IMG/VR virus record: IMGVR_UViG_3300010167_000010 | Span: 224,001-288,000 of that record | Direction: 5' to 3' (one strand) | Source: a virus | Taxonomy: Duplodnaviria > Caudoviricetes | DNA: 64,000 nt | Part shown: positions 49,274 to 59,782 of the stretch, piece by piece | How positions within the stretch are numbered: the first letter of the stretch is position 1 | Layout: each line of letters opens with the position of its first letter | Program-made: the position numbers and the translations under genes | Notes under the pieces: model-generated | The model's database searches: none | The model's input: the letters and a program-made list of their open reading frames with translations, nothing else | What the model was told of the DNA's origin: nothing

Positions 49274-50977
49274 ATGAATATGAGTAAACAAGCACGGTTC
49301 AAATCACTACAATCAAATGGTCCAGTATTCCCCAAAAAATGGGAACATAAGGGCTACCACGCGGCTGGAGAAAAGCTTCCCCTTCTTGCAGAAGAAATGG
49401 CTTGGAAAGCAGCTCGTTTTATTGGTTCAGATTATGAAAAAGAATGTTTCGCATCTGATTCTAATATGTGGAAATGCTTTTATCCAGAATTGACCAAATC
49501 GCAACAAAAATTATCACATGCTGATTATATTGCGATGATGAGTGGTATGAAGGCAACACAAGAGATTTTAAAAGAAGAAAAGAAAGCTCTTTCAAAAGAA
49601 GAAAAAATAGCAATTAAAAATGAAAAAGAAGCTCTTAAAGAAAAATACGGATTCGCAATTCTTGATGGTGAAAGTGTTCCCCTTTCCGGATATATGATTG
49701 AAGAGTCAAATTGGATTTTAACTCGCGGTAAAGATCCCCGAAAATTTTGTTGGAAATATGCTGTAGAAAAATCTGATGTTACTTTGAATATTGTAAATGG
49801 AAAACCAGTTTCAGGATTTAATTGTATTTCTGATAATACAGTTATTTGGGTAATGCGATATAAAATTAAATGCGGAAGACCTGAGATGAAGGCTTTTATG
49901 GAGCTCAATAAAATTATTGCTTTTGCTCCTTCTGTTTCAGTTCGTCAAGCTAATAATTCTGGAAAATTTGATAAATCTAAAAATATTCTTAAAAATTGGA
50001 ATAAAATTCAATCTCAAGTTCTTGCTGATGCTACCGATTGTTCATTAAAGAAAAATCCTAAGCATGAAGCACTTATCGTGTATCTTATTCAAGAAACTGG
50101 TATTCGTATTGGTGGTGAAAAAGATGAACGAAGAGCTAAAACTTATGGAATGAGTACTCTTGAAAAAAGACATATAACTCTTGGTTCAGATTTTACAGTA
50201 ACATTTGATTTTCTTGGAAAAGATAGTGTTCCTGAAACGAGAACAATAATTATTGATGAAAATGTTTGGTATAATCTTGAAAGTCTTTTAGCTTGTAGAG
50301 ATACAAATGAAAGAATATTTAATAATGATATAGACGTTAATGGTTACCTCAAGAAAATACATCCTGGTGCAACAGTTAAAAATCTTCGTACTGTAAAATG
50401 TAATGAAGTTTTGGTAAAAAATCTTAAAACAAAAAAAGTTACAAAAACAAATACTGAGGCCGAAAAGCTTAGAGCAATATTTGAAGCAAATCTCGAAATT
50501 GCAAAGACAATGAATCACCAAAAAAATATTGGTAAAAATCAAAAAGAAGGTGAAGTAAAAATTGCTGAAAAAGTTCAAAAAGCGAAAGCTCGTGTAAAAG
50601 AACTTAAGAAAAAGCATAAAGAGAAAATAATTAAACTTGATACTCAGGTAGCAAAAATTAAAATTGCTTTCAAAGGCATGAAGATATTAAAAGAAAAACT
50701 TGCCAAAATTGAAGAAACAAAAATTAAAATGATTGCTCAAATGGAAAGAGCAGTAATGAGCATTGAAAAAACAGAATTTGCTCTTGACAAGAAAAAACTT
50801 ACTGCGGATATTGCTTTGGGAACTTCCCTTGCAAATTATGCTGACCCTAACGTAATATATTCTTATTGCAAATACGTAGATCTCCCAATTGAAAGAATAT
50901 ATTCTGCTAGTCAGAGAAAAAATCTAACTTTTGCTGAAAGTGTAGATGCAAATTATTGGATAAATTACCCAAGTTAA
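49274..50977 (+). CDS. DNA topoisomerase IB, large eukaryote/thaumarchaeal type
   Basis: Catalytic pentad motifs GIRIGGEK (R), FDFLGKDS (K), KNLRT (R), MNHQK (H), IALGTSLANYADP (Y); N-terminal SLQSNGPVFP and KYGFAILDG core motifs; coiled-coil linker. Confidence 0.92.
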   Translation: MNMSKQARFKSLQSNGPVFPKKWEHKGYHAAGEKLPLLAEEMAWKAARFIGSDYEKECFASDSNMWKCFYPELTKSQQKLSHADYIAMMSGMKATQEILKEEKKALSKEEKIAIKNEKEALKEKYGFAILDGESVPLSGYMIEESNWILTRGKDPRKFCWKYAVEKSDVTLNIVNGKPVSGFNCISDNTVIWVMRYKIKCGRPEMKAFMELNKIIAFAPSVSVRQANNSGKFDKSKNILKNWNKIQSQVLADATDCSLKKNPKHEALIVYLIQETGIRIGGEKDERRAKTYGMSTLEKRHITLGSDFTVTFDFLGKDSVPETRTIIIDENVWYNLESLLACRDTNERIFNNDIDVNGYLKKIHPGATVKNLRTVKCNEVLVKNLKTKKVTKTNTEAEKLRAIFEANLEIAKTMNHQKNIGKNQKEGEVKIAEKVQKAKARVKELKKKHKEKIIKLDTQVAKIKIAFKGMKILKEKLAKIEETKIKMIAQMERAVMSIEKTEFALDKKKLTADIALGTSLANYADPNVIYSYCKYVDLPIERIYSASQRKNLTFAESVDANYWINYPS

Positions 50978-50985
50978 TTATGAAT

Positions 50986-51432
50986 ATGAAAAATTGGAAA
51001 TACAGTTGGAAAAGCGTAACAGACAAAGATTATATAGACTCTATTATGATCTTCTGGAAGTTTTTTAAAGAAAATTATCAAAATGTTTTCGTTTATAATG
51101 CTTGCCATTATGAAATTCGTTTAATAACTTTAAATATTGGAAGAGGAAAAGAAATTCTTTCTTCAGAAGCTGCTTCCAAATCTACACAAAAAGATGAACA
51201 TCATCTTGTAGAAGCAAAACAATTTCTTGATGAATTTAAATACTGTGTTGATAACAAAATTGAATTTACAAGAAAGGATGCAAAATCTTGGCTTATTAAG
51301 GCTAGAAATATTTACGTTACTAAACCAGAGCACAATATTTTACATTCTAAAGTTTTCAAAGATTATAGAAAAAATAATCCGACAGAGAATATAATAAAAG
51401 TTTTAGAAAAATTTGGAATTATTTTAATTTAA
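50986..51432 (+). CDS. Hypothetical protein, possibly HNH-like
   Basis: DEHHLV..YVTKPEH motif. Start likely ATG 50980 or 50986. Confidence 0.55.
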   Translation: MKNWKYSWKSVTDKDYIDSIMIFWKFFKENYQNVFVYNACHYEIRLITLNIGRGKEILSSEAASKSTQKDEHHLVEAKQFLDEFKYCVDNKIEFTRKDAKSWLIKARNIYVTKPEHNILHSKVFKDYRKNNPTENIIKVLEKFGIILI

Positions 51433-51460
51433 TTCTTATATTTTATTAAGAGGAAAGAAA

Positions 51461-53896
51461 ATGATTTTAGACAACAAGAATTATAATATTGAAAACAATT
51501 TGGAAACTGAATCTAGCGAATTTGAAATTGCTGCTAATGCAAAAATGTTTGATATATTATCAAATAAAATTTATGAAGATCCAATCAGAGCAGTAATTCG
51601 TGAGCTTTCCTGTAATGCTATCGATGCTAATATTGAAGTAGAAAATATTGAACCATTTAAAGTTTATCTTCCAACCCAAAATTATAAATCTTTAATTATT
51701 GAAGATAACGGTATAGGCATGACCCATGAAGATGTTATGACAGTTTATAAATCTTATGGAAAATCTACTAAATCTAATTCTAATAAGGTAATTGGTGCAT
51801 TAGGTTTAGGCGGGAAAACACCTCTTGCTTATACTTCACAATTTATTTTAGAAACTGCAAAAGATGGAAAGAAAAATAGTTATATAATTTTTAAAGATGA
51901 AGATGGTATTCCAAACGTTACTTTAACTTCTTCAGAAGATACTGATATTTCTGGAACAAAAATTGAAATGATTGTTCGTAATGAAGATATCGATCTTTTT
52001 ATTACAGCAGCTATTAAAACTTTTGTTTTCTTTGATAAAATGCCGATAATTATGAGAGGAGAAGACGAGTTTTATAGAGTAATATATCAAAAATTTAGTA
52101 ATACTATGGAAATAGGAAAGGCTAAATTAGCTTTTGATGAAGCTAGATTTTTATTAAAGAATGATTATATTTCTAATGAAAGCAACGGTGGCGATATTAT
52201 TATTCGTAAAATATTAAATAGCTATAATAGTACACATGGAATTATTATGGGACAAGTTTATTATTCAGTAAATCCTAAAGCAATTTTAAGAGATGGTTAT
52301 GGAACAGCTGCTGAAGAAGTATTAAATTTTCCAAATTATAGTAATTATTCTGGCATAAGAAAAGTTATTCATGTAAATCTTGGTGATGTATCTTTTCAAC
52401 CTTCACGTGAAGTATTAAATTATAATAAATCTACAATTGCTTTACTTCAAAATAGATTTTATAATCATTTTGAAAATTATATCGTAAATATGGAAAATTA
52501 CAAGGATCCAAAAACTTTCTTGAAGAATTTTTCTAAAATAAATTATGCAAAAGATGTAGTAAAAATCTCTACATGGGATGATACAAATCAAGATGTTTCT
52601 TCTATAAGAGATTTATATAAAAATGTTATAAATTATTTGTATTCTGAAATTGATCAAAAAGAAGCAAATTATTATATTAAGCAACGCCATAATGGAACTT
52701 GGGAAGTACAAGCTATAGCTCAAGACAGCGCATCAAAAATACAAGACTTAAACACTACAAAAAGTATTTTTTCTGATATATTTGTAGAAAACAAAATAAA
52801 AAATATTATTGTATTAGATGATGCAAATATTTCTGAAAAACTGGATAATTTTCATAAGAAAGCTTTAGAAAAACAAAGATTTTATTTTACTACTCCAATA
52901 AGTTTAAGAAATAAACTTGTTCTTCTTGATAAAACTATAAATACATTATGTGTAACTGAAAAGACAGCAAAAAAATTAAAAGCTTTTCTAAAAATAGATT
53001 TTATAAATTGTTCTAAATTAGTAGTTACAAAAGAAGCTAAAATTAAAACAAAATCTGAAAGAGATACTTCTGCAAAATGTTATAATTATACTGAAAGAAG
53101 ATATGCCGAAATTAATGAAGTATTAAAAATTACTAAGAAAAATAAAGTTACATATGAATGTTTTGAAGGAGAAGTAAATAAGAAAGGTTGGTGGTATACT
53201 CCTTTATTTGATGTAATAAATAAGAGTACAAAAATAAATAAGCAGGCTTGTATTAAAATAAATTATCATGGAAGCTATAATAATTGCAGTAATAGAGTAG
53301 AAGATTTTAATACGATATTTAATATGCTTCCCAGTAATAGACCGCATCATTATTTGGTAGATTGGAATTTCTTTAAAAAATATATTATTGGAAATAAAAA
53401 TTGGGTTCATATAAATGATTATGCAACCAATTTAATTAAGGATAATTTTAATACAATTTCAACTAACGCATTAAATATAATTTTATTTGGTGATTCTCCA
53501 TTTTATAGATCAACTCAAGCTGAGGCATTATTAAAACATGGAACTGAAAAATATCTTAATTTTGAAAATACAGCTTTTGGAATAGAATGTCAAAGAAAAA
53601 TTAATGAATCGTTTAATAAAGAAACTGATATTAGCTTAAATAAAAAGACAGTATCTACATTTCATAATTCTCTTATGGGAATGAAAGAATATTTTAGTTC
53701 AGACAGTTTTAATAAACTATTAAAAGATTTTGAAGAATTAAAATTAAAATTAGAAGCTGTCAATATAAAAAGAGTAAATTATTGTACAGAAATATATGAA
53801 AAATATCCGATGATTATTTATGCATTAAAATCTGATTTCGATAAAGATCACTTAATAAATTATATTGCAGAAAAAGAGAGCTTAGTATTAAAATGA
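51461..53896 (+). CDS. rIIA: rIIA-like protein (N-terminal GHKL ATPase domain)
   Basis: FDILSNKIYEDPIRAVIRELSCNAIDA, EDNGIGM, YGKSTK..IGALGLGGK, FQPSREVL. Confidence 0.88.
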   Translation: MILDNKNYNIENNLETESSEFEIAANAKMFDILSNKIYEDPIRAVIRELSCNAIDANIEVENIEPFKVYLPTQNYKSLIIEDNGIGMTHEDVMTVYKSYGKSTKSNSNKVIGALGLGGKTPLAYTSQFILETAKDGKKNSYIIFKDEDGIPNVTLTSSEDTDISGTKIEMIVRNEDIDLFITAAIKTFVFFDKMPIIMRGEDEFYRVIYQKFSNTMEIGKAKLAFDEARFLLKNDYISNESNGGDIIIRKILNSYNSTHGIIMGQVYYSVNPKAILRDGYGTAAEEVLNFPNYSNYSGIRKVIHVNLGDVSFQPSREVLNYNKSTIALLQNRFYNHFENYIVNMENYKDPKTFLKNFSKINYAKDVVKISTWDDTNQDVSSIRDLYKNVINYLYSEIDQKEANYYIKQRHNGTWEVQAIAQDSASKIQDLNTTKSIFSDIFVENKIKNIIVLDDANISEKLDNFHKKALEKQRFYFTTPISLRNKLVLLDKTINTLCVTEKTAKKLKAFLKIDFINCSKLVVTKEAKIKTKSERDTSAKCYNYTERRYAEINEVLKITKKNKVTYECFEGEVNKKGWWYTPLFDVINKSTKINKQACIKINYHGSYNNCSNRVEDFNTIFNMLPSNRPHHYLVDWNFFKKYIIGNKNWVHINDYATNLIKDNFNTISTNALNIILFGDSPFYRSTQAEALLKHGTEKYLNFENTAFGIECQRKINESFNKETDISLNKKTVSTFHNSLMGMKEYFSSDSFNKLLKDFEELKLKLEAVNIKRVNYCTEIYEKYPMIIYALKSDFDKDHLINYIAEKESLVLK

Positions 53897-54747
53897 TTAA
53901 ACACATAATTACAGATGAAGCAATTTTAATTCCCACATCTAAAGGAGTTATTCAATATCAAAAAGATGATGATCTCTATAATGATATTTTAACCCTTGTA
54001 ATGAAAGAAGATTCTACATTAGAAGATATTAAAAAATTAAATTCTTCTTGTAATTATGAAGATGATGATATAGTTTTTATTCAAGAAAAAAATACAGATT
54101 CAGTAGAAGTTATTTTTAATGGAAGATATCATTTTTTAAATCATACTTTTGTTTCTAGACTTATTCAAATGTTAAAATTAAATGATGGTTTTCAAATGAA
54201 ACACGCAGCTAATTTTATCAAAAGATTATTAAAAAATAATTTTAATTTAACTAATACTTTAGAAAAATTATTAGAAATTGGTTTTTTATATACTCCTTCT
54301 GGACAAATTATTTCAGTAAAAAATTTTGAAAATGAAGGCAAAGGTGTTTTTGCAAAAAAGAGGTCTTTTGCTGAAAAAGATATGATTAAAAAAACTTTCA
54401 TTTTAATAAACCCTGAAGACATTGATGCTCATTTTAATTTTGATCAATATATAGTTTTAGCTAATGTTATGGGCCCTGAAATTTTTGGAGAAAAATATCA
54501 AACATTTCTTAATGGTTCTTGTATAGGTGATGCAGATGAATTATTTAATATATTTAATGTTTTTGAAAAATGCAAAAATAACTATTTATTAAAAGATATA
54601 GAAGATTTTACAAGCTTTAATAAAGAGATAGAAGAAAAATTAGGTGTAGAAATAAATATGAAAAATAGAAAAAGTTCTGAAGTAGTTCTTTCTATATCTC
54701 GTTTAATGAAGTTTAAAAAAATAGTAAATAATATCTTATTTGACTAA
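53893..54747 (+). CDS. rIIB-like protein (divergent)
   Basis: ATGA-coupled to rIIA; ANFIKRLLKN, TPSGQIISVK and LINPEDI resemble rIIB motifs. Confidence 0.6.
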   Translation: MIKHIITDEAILIPTSKGVIQYQKDDDLYNDILTLVMKEDSTLEDIKKLNSSCNYEDDDIVFIQEKNTDSVEVIFNGRYHFLNHTFVSRLIQMLKLNDGFQMKHAANFIKRLLKNNFNLTNTLEKLLEIGFLYTPSGQIISVKNFENEGKGVFAKKRSFAEKDMIKKTFILINPEDIDAHFNFDQYIVLANVMGPEIFGEKYQTFLNGSCIGDADELFNIFNVFEKCKNNYLLKDIEDFTSFNKEIEEKLGVEINMKNRKSSEVVLSISRLMKFKKIVNNILFD

Positions 54748-55501
54748 TATGAAAAGTTATAATTGGAATCCTTTTTCACTTGTAGATAGTCCCACAGGTT
54801 CAGCTGCAGTAGTTTATACATGCGGCTGCCATTTAAGTTGTCCTTATTGTTTTAATCCAGAATTACGACAATTTAATTCAGGTAATTTTGATAAAAAACA
54901 AATTATAAAAAAAATTAAATCTCTTCAAATTGTACCAGACCCAATAGTTAATGGTTCTGAAATTTTTAATACAGTTGAATGGCTTATTATTTCAGGTGGA
55001 GAACCATTAGATGCTCCTAGTAATGAACTTGTAGAAATAATAAATGTCGGGGCTGAAACAGATTTAAGAATTGGGTTTTTTACATCTGGTTATAATATAC
55101 ATCAATTTAAACAGATAATCGATCAAACTGATATAGAATATTTTCATATAGATTATAAAGGTTTAGAAAATGATAAAGAAACTTTAGAATCTATAGAATA
55201 TTTATATGAAAGATTTTGTAGTAGATATAATCATATGTATATTCATATAAATACTACGATAATGAGATCATTTCATACAGAAGAAAAATTATTTGAAATG
55301 AAAAAGAAATTAATGAAAATATTATATAAAAATAAAAATATTCCAATTTTTATAAATAAACCAGATACTTCTGATAGATTATTATTTTGGACTTTAACAC
55401 CTATATCTATAAATCATCAAAACACTTTAACAAAATTAAATTATATTAAAGATGGTTTTTTGGAAGAAGATTTAGATTTTTTAAAAGCAATTGTAAAATA
55501 A
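54740..55501 (+). CDS. Radical SAM protein, NrdG/activating-enzyme-like
   Basis: SLVDSP..AAVVYTCGCHLSCPYCFNPEL (CxxxCxxC), ISGGEP, IDYK. Confidence 0.85.
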   Translation: MTNMKSYNWNPFSLVDSPTGSAAVVYTCGCHLSCPYCFNPELRQFNSGNFDKKQIIKKIKSLQIVPDPIVNGSEIFNTVEWLIISGGEPLDAPSNELVEIINVGAETDLRIGFFTSGYNIHQFKQIIDQTDIEYFHIDYKGLENDKETLESIEYLYERFCSRYNHMYIHINTTIMRSFHTEEKLFEMKKKLMKILYKNKNIPIFINKPDTSDRLLFWTLTPISINHQNTLTKLNYIKDGFLEEDLDFLKAIVK

Positions 55502-55502
55502 A

Positions 55503-57791
55503 TTATGCACGATTTCTTCTAAAAATATTTCCTAAACCTCTGCGTGCTGGTGCAGCAGCTTCAGCTACTTCTGGTGCATTTGGGAAATATTTAAATTCTT
55601 GACCTCTACCTGCATCAAAACTTACTACCCTACCAATTTGTTGGCCTGCTTCATTATAAGCGTTTCCGTCTCTAACAAACATTTCAACTCCATCTATAGT
55701 CATTGGTCTAGCTGTATAAAATCCTCCAGTTTCATTGGGTAATACAAGAATATCTTCATTGCCTCTTGCAGTTGGTAAATTAACTGTTGTCGGTTGTCCA
55801 GAGGTTGCAACTTCATGACCAATCGTGCCAGGTCTAGGATTATTCATAGAATTAAAACCATCTGGCGATTGAATAGCTAAATTACCATTCCCATCACTTA
55901 CAAAATTAATTTCATTTGCAGCTTGTTGTGCTACTTGTTGGTTTACGCCTTGTCTAGCAATTTCATCTGCAATTACATTATCTGGAATAACTTGACCATT
56001 TGCTAAATTTTCACCAATATCAGCTATATTTTTTAATGCCTCATCATTTAATTCTACACCATATTTTTGACAAATTTGATTTAATTGATATGTTTCATAT
56101 GGGTCTATTATAGTTTTTATTGGTTCCATTCCTGGAGGAGTAATATCTGGAACTAATTCAGCTACTATTATTTGAGCTTCATTAGGATCTAATCCATTTT
56201 GTTCAGCTATTTCAATAATAGCATTATTTATTTCTTCAGTACCAGCTCCAGCAGCAACTTGTTGTTCAATTACATCTAAACATTTTGGAACTATGTCATA
56301 AACTGCATCTGATTGTAAACCATCTGCAACTAAATTTCCACATATAGATTCTAATTGTGCTGGACTTATATCCCCACCCTGAGAAATAATTTGATGTGGC
56401 GAAATTCTTTGTTGGGCCCAGTTTATATCAGCTTGTGTTAATTGAACTTGAGTACCATCTGTACGAGTTATAACATCCCCAACGTTTGCTTCTGCTTGTG
56501 CTGCAATAGAATTATGAACTGTACTAGGTGGTTGTGTTTGTGCAGTTAAAGTTTCTATAGAATTCATTGCTTCAGCTTCAGCTGCCGATATTGCGTCACT
56601 AGACGATGCAACAATCTCTGCTGCTTCTGGAATTGCCGCCGCAAATGCGCCTGCTAAAGAAGAAACTCCAGCTTGTAATGCTGCGGAAGCTCCCATCATA
56701 AATCCACCACCAAGTGCAACACCACCAAGAATAGAAGCAAAAGTTTTTAAGAATATTTTACCCTTATCTGATGATTGTAATTTTTTTAATATCCATTGTG
56801 CTATTTTATTTTTAGAATTTTGTAATGCTTCAATAATAGTGTCATATGCTTTTTCTCCTAGTTGACCGCCTTTTTCGGCTCCATATTTTCCAAACTTTAA
56901 CATAAAGTGGGCAACTACAATACCAGTTACAGCTCCTAATAAAATTCCTGGAGGACCAAATGGTGCAAACATTGCTCCAAATTTAAACATTGATGCACCA
57001 TAAGCTAATGGTTTAGCTATTTTAGCAACAACACCACCAATTTTTCCAAGTAAGCCTTTTAAGAAACCACCTTTTTTACCAGCAGGTTTAATTGTATCAG
57101 CTAATTCTTGTGATGCTTGTTTATATGTAACTTGACCATGTAATATTTTAGATTGTAATTCTCTAGCTATATCTTGAGCAGTTTTTTCAATTTCTGGAAT
57201 TGTCATTGCTTCTAATTCTTCTGTTTCTGGAATAGATTCAATTTCAATTTTTCCCATTTCTCTATCGTTATCTAATTTTTGTTCTATAGGTGTTTCAGCT
57301 GGTCTATTTGCTCTATCATCTCTTCTTTTTTGTAATCCAGAACGAATATCGTCACCTGGGGTATCTTTTTTTAATTTACGTCTAATATATGCGGCGTCAT
57401 TTTCTCTATCTTTTCTAGCTCTTTCTCTACCAAAATAATCTTCATCTGATTCATCTGATTTACGAACTAATTTACGTTCTTGTAAATGATTACTATCTTC
57501 AAATAAAGATATTCTAGCATATTCTTCTAATAAACGATTTTTATTTTCTCTTAAATTAAATGACGGGTTAAAAATTTGTTCTTCTAATCTCATCATATTT
57601 ATAATTGCTTCTCTTAAATAAGGCCAATCTTTATCACAAATAGCTGGTGCAATTTCTTTATAAAATTCACTTAATTTAAATTGTGGAAGCCAAGTTCCTT
57701 CGCGAGCTTCTCTTAGTATTTGTTGATTTTCTCTTAATCGAATTTTTCGTTCACGAACTGTTTCATTATTATTTAAAAAATTATCTATCAT
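55503..57791 (-). CDS. Putative internal head/ejection protein with Gly-rich hydrophobic helices
   Basis: N-terminal domain paralogous to 57792..58781; multiple LRE/LQE; hydrophobic FGPPGILLGAVTGIVVAHF and SILGGVALGGGFMMGAS. Confidence 0.6.
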   Translation of the reverse strand: MIDNFLNNNETVRERKIRLRENQQILREAREGTWLPQFKLSEFYKEIAPAICDKDWPYLREAIINMMRLEEQIFNPSFNLRENKNRLLEEYARISLFEDSNHLQERKLVRKSDESDEDYFGRERARKDRENDAAYIRRKLKKDTPGDDIRSGLQKRRDDRANRPAETPIEQKLDNDREMGKIEIESIPETEELEAMTIPEIEKTAQDIARELQSKILHGQVTYKQASQELADTIKPAGKKGGFLKGLLGKIGGVVAKIAKPLAYGASMFKFGAMFAPFGPPGILLGAVTGIVVAHFMLKFGKYGAEKGGQLGEKAYDTIIEALQNSKNKIAQWILKKLQSSDKGKIFLKTFASILGGVALGGGFMMGASAALQAGVSSLAGAFAAAIPEAAEIVASSSDAISAAEAEAMNSIETLTAQTQPPSTVHNSIAAQAEANVGDVITRTDGTQVQLTQADINWAQQRISPHQIISQGGDISPAQLESICGNLVADGLQSDAVYDIVPKCLDVIEQQVAAGAGTEEINNAIIEIAEQNGLDPNEAQIIVAELVPDITPPGMEPIKTIIDPYETYQLNQICQKYGVELNDEALKNIADIGENLANGQVIPDNVIADEIARQGVNQQVAQQAANEINFVSDGNGNLAIQSPDGFNSMNNPRPGTIGHEVATSGQPTTVNLPTARGNEDILVLPNETGGFYTARPMTIDGVEMFVRDGNAYNEAGQQIGRVVSFDAGRGQEFKYFPNAPEVAEAAAPARRGLGNIFRRNRA

Positions 57792-58781
57792 TTATTTACC
57801 CTTCATCGCGGTTCTAGTATTTTTATCTTGAGCTATAGTAGCTGTATTTGCATTTCTTGCTACCTCATCTGCCGCCCTTTGATTTGCACCTTTATTTGCT
57901 GCAGCACTTACAGTATTTTGAAATTGATTTACATTGTTTTTAATACCTTGTCCAAAATTTTGAATTTTATTTTTAACGCCCTTTACTGTATCGAATGCAC
58001 CACCTATCTTATTAGCAAGCCATCCACCACCTCCGCCCATTTGTTTATTAGCATTATTTATTTGATGACCTGTACCAGTATCAACTTCTTTTTTATTATC
58101 TTGTGCAGGAGCAGCTTGATTATTCTGTGTAGCAGCATTATTTTGATTATTTTCGGCAGGTTGTTCTGCACTACCTTCTTGGTTTTGATCTTGGCCTTCA
58201 CTTTGATCAGCTTGTTCGTTTCCGCCTTCTTGGTTTTGTTCTTCTCCATCTTGATTTTCAGAATTTTCTTCTGCAGGTGGTGCTTCTTGATTTTGACCTT
58301 CCTGATTATTTCCTTGATTTTGATTATCAGGTTGTTGATTACTATCTCCACCAGCATTTACTTCATTAGATAAATTATCTAATTCAGTTTTAATTTTATC
58401 AATCATATTTTGAATATTACCAGTATTTATTTCTTCTCGTAATGAATTAGATCTTAAACAAGCTATATTAAAATAATATTCTAATAATCGAGTATTACTT
58501 TTATCTAAATTAAAAGCTGGAGAAAAAATATGTTGTTCTAAAAATTTAAGTTTATTTACAACGGTATCTAAAACTTTCTGTTCTTCTAAATTAAAATGTT
58601 TATAATAAGGTTTATATAATTCTGATAATTTTTTAATTGGGATAAGTTCACCTCTTCTTATTCCCATTAAAGTCTTTTTATAAATTATATCTTCAGTTTT
58701 TTGTTCTCTTACTGTTTTATAAGAATCTGCATACTGAATAAAACTATTTATATTACTATTATAAATATTCTCAAAGTTCAT
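57792..58781 (-). CDS. Putative internal head protein with N/Q/E low-complexity region
   Basis: Shared N-terminal domain, SLREE, disordered linker; AGGAG SD. Confidence 0.6.
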   Translation of the reverse strand: MNFENIYNSNINSFIQYADSYKTVREQKTEDIIYKKTLMGIRRGELIPIKKLSELYKPYYKHFNLEEQKVLDTVVNKLKFLEQHIFSPAFNLDKSNTRLLEYYFNIACLRSNSLREEINTGNIQNMIDKIKTELDNLSNEVNAGGDSNQQPDNQNQGNNQEGQNQEAPPAEENSENQDGEEQNQEGGNEQADQSEGQDQNQEGSAEQPAENNQNNAATQNNQAAPAQDNKKEVDTGTGHQINNANKQMGGGGGWLANKIGGAFDTVKGVKNKIQNFGQGIKNNVNQFQNTVSAAANKGANQRAADEVARNANTATIAQDKNTRTAMKGK

Positions 58782-58789
58782 ATTTTCTC

Positions 58790-59494
58790 CTAATAATTTT
58801 GTACTATAGAACTCATTGGTACCTGTAAATTACGAGGCATCATAGTATTTATTTTTCTTCTAAAATTGATAAACTCTTGGGGAATATCACACCATCTTAA
58901 TGGACATCTTTTCCAACCAACTGTTTCCCAATGTGTAGTTAAAATTTCTACTGTTCTATTATTTCTCGTTAAAATATCTACAACTAATTTTTCTAATGAA
59001 TCCATTGTTGCTGGAGTAAATAAGCCATCCCATGCTGAATGACATAATCCAATTCCAATAGCATGCCAATTATTAGTTCTATTTCTACAAACATCTTCAC
59101 CATATAATCTTCTAGCAAAATCTGTATAAATTTTTCCAGATTTTGGATCATTTTGAGAACTTCCTACATGCCAAGCTACTTCATTTTCTGGCACAACTCT
59201 CATAATTTCACCATCAATGCCAATTAAATATTGATAAGAACCAAAGGCTTGTGCTGATTCAAACCAGCGTCTGTTTGCAGTTGGTGTAGTACCAGGATTA
59301 GCTACCCAATGAATAGCTATAGCCCTTAATTCTCTCATTGCATCACCACGTCTGTTTTGACTACCTCGAGGTAGTAATTGTTCATTTATATTCAATTGTT
59401 TAATCTCCTCTTCTTTTTCTTCATATTCTTCTATTTCTGATTTTTCTTTTATTCCAAATAATATTCGGAATATTTTCATTAAAAAATCTATCAT
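58790..59494 (-). CDS. N-acetylmuramoyl-L-alanine amidase (Amidase_2 endolysin)
   Basis: IAIHWVANP, YLIGIDGEI..VPENEVAWHVG, IGIGLCH, THWETVGWKRCP. Confidence 0.88.
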   Translation of the reverse strand: MIDFLMKIFRILFGIKEKSEIEEYEEKEEEIKQLNINEQLLPRGSQNRRGDAMRELRAIAIHWVANPGTTPTANRRWFESAQAFGSYQYLIGIDGEIMRVVPENEVAWHVGSSQNDPKSGKIYTDFARRLYGEDVCRNRTNNWHAIGIGLCHSAWDGLFTPATMDSLEKLVVDILTRNNRTVEILTTHWETVGWKRCPLRWCDIPQEFINFRRKINTMMPRNLQVPMSSIVQNY

Positions 59495-59781
59495 GCAGTA
59501 ACGTGTCTATTATTATGTTTCTTAAATTCTTTTAAGAATTTTTTCATTAAACGAATAATAATATCTTCTCTATAATGTTCATTACTTTGTTTAAATACTT
59601 TATCAAACTTATCGTCGATATCTCTTCTTAATTCTTTTATTTCGTTAAAAGCTTTATCAATATTATCTTTATTTGATTGATTTATAATAGTCCATTTACT
59701 TGCATTCCAAAAACCAGTTCCTATTAAACCGGCTATCATTATTATAACAGTAACTAAAGATATAATTGTTGATGTGTCCAT
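59491..59781 (-). CDS. Holin-like single-TM protein
   Basis: N-terminal TM helix plus coiled coil, directly upstream of the amidase. Confidence 0.5.
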   Translation of the reverse strand: MDTSTIISLVTVIIMIAGLIGTGFWNASKWTIINQSNKDNIDKAFNEIKELRRDIDDKFDKVFKQSNEHYREDIIIRLMKKFLKEFKKHNNRHVTA

Positions 59782-59782
59782 T

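Noticed and set aside
49274-50977. Eukaryotic or NCLDV origin of the contig, suggested by TopIB
   Set aside because: Surrounding genes (tail sheath, tube, baseplate, rIIA/B, amidase, SD sites, bacterial-type tRNA) are clearly those of a tailed bacteriophage, and the promoter motif upstream of TopIB recurs elsewhere in the window.
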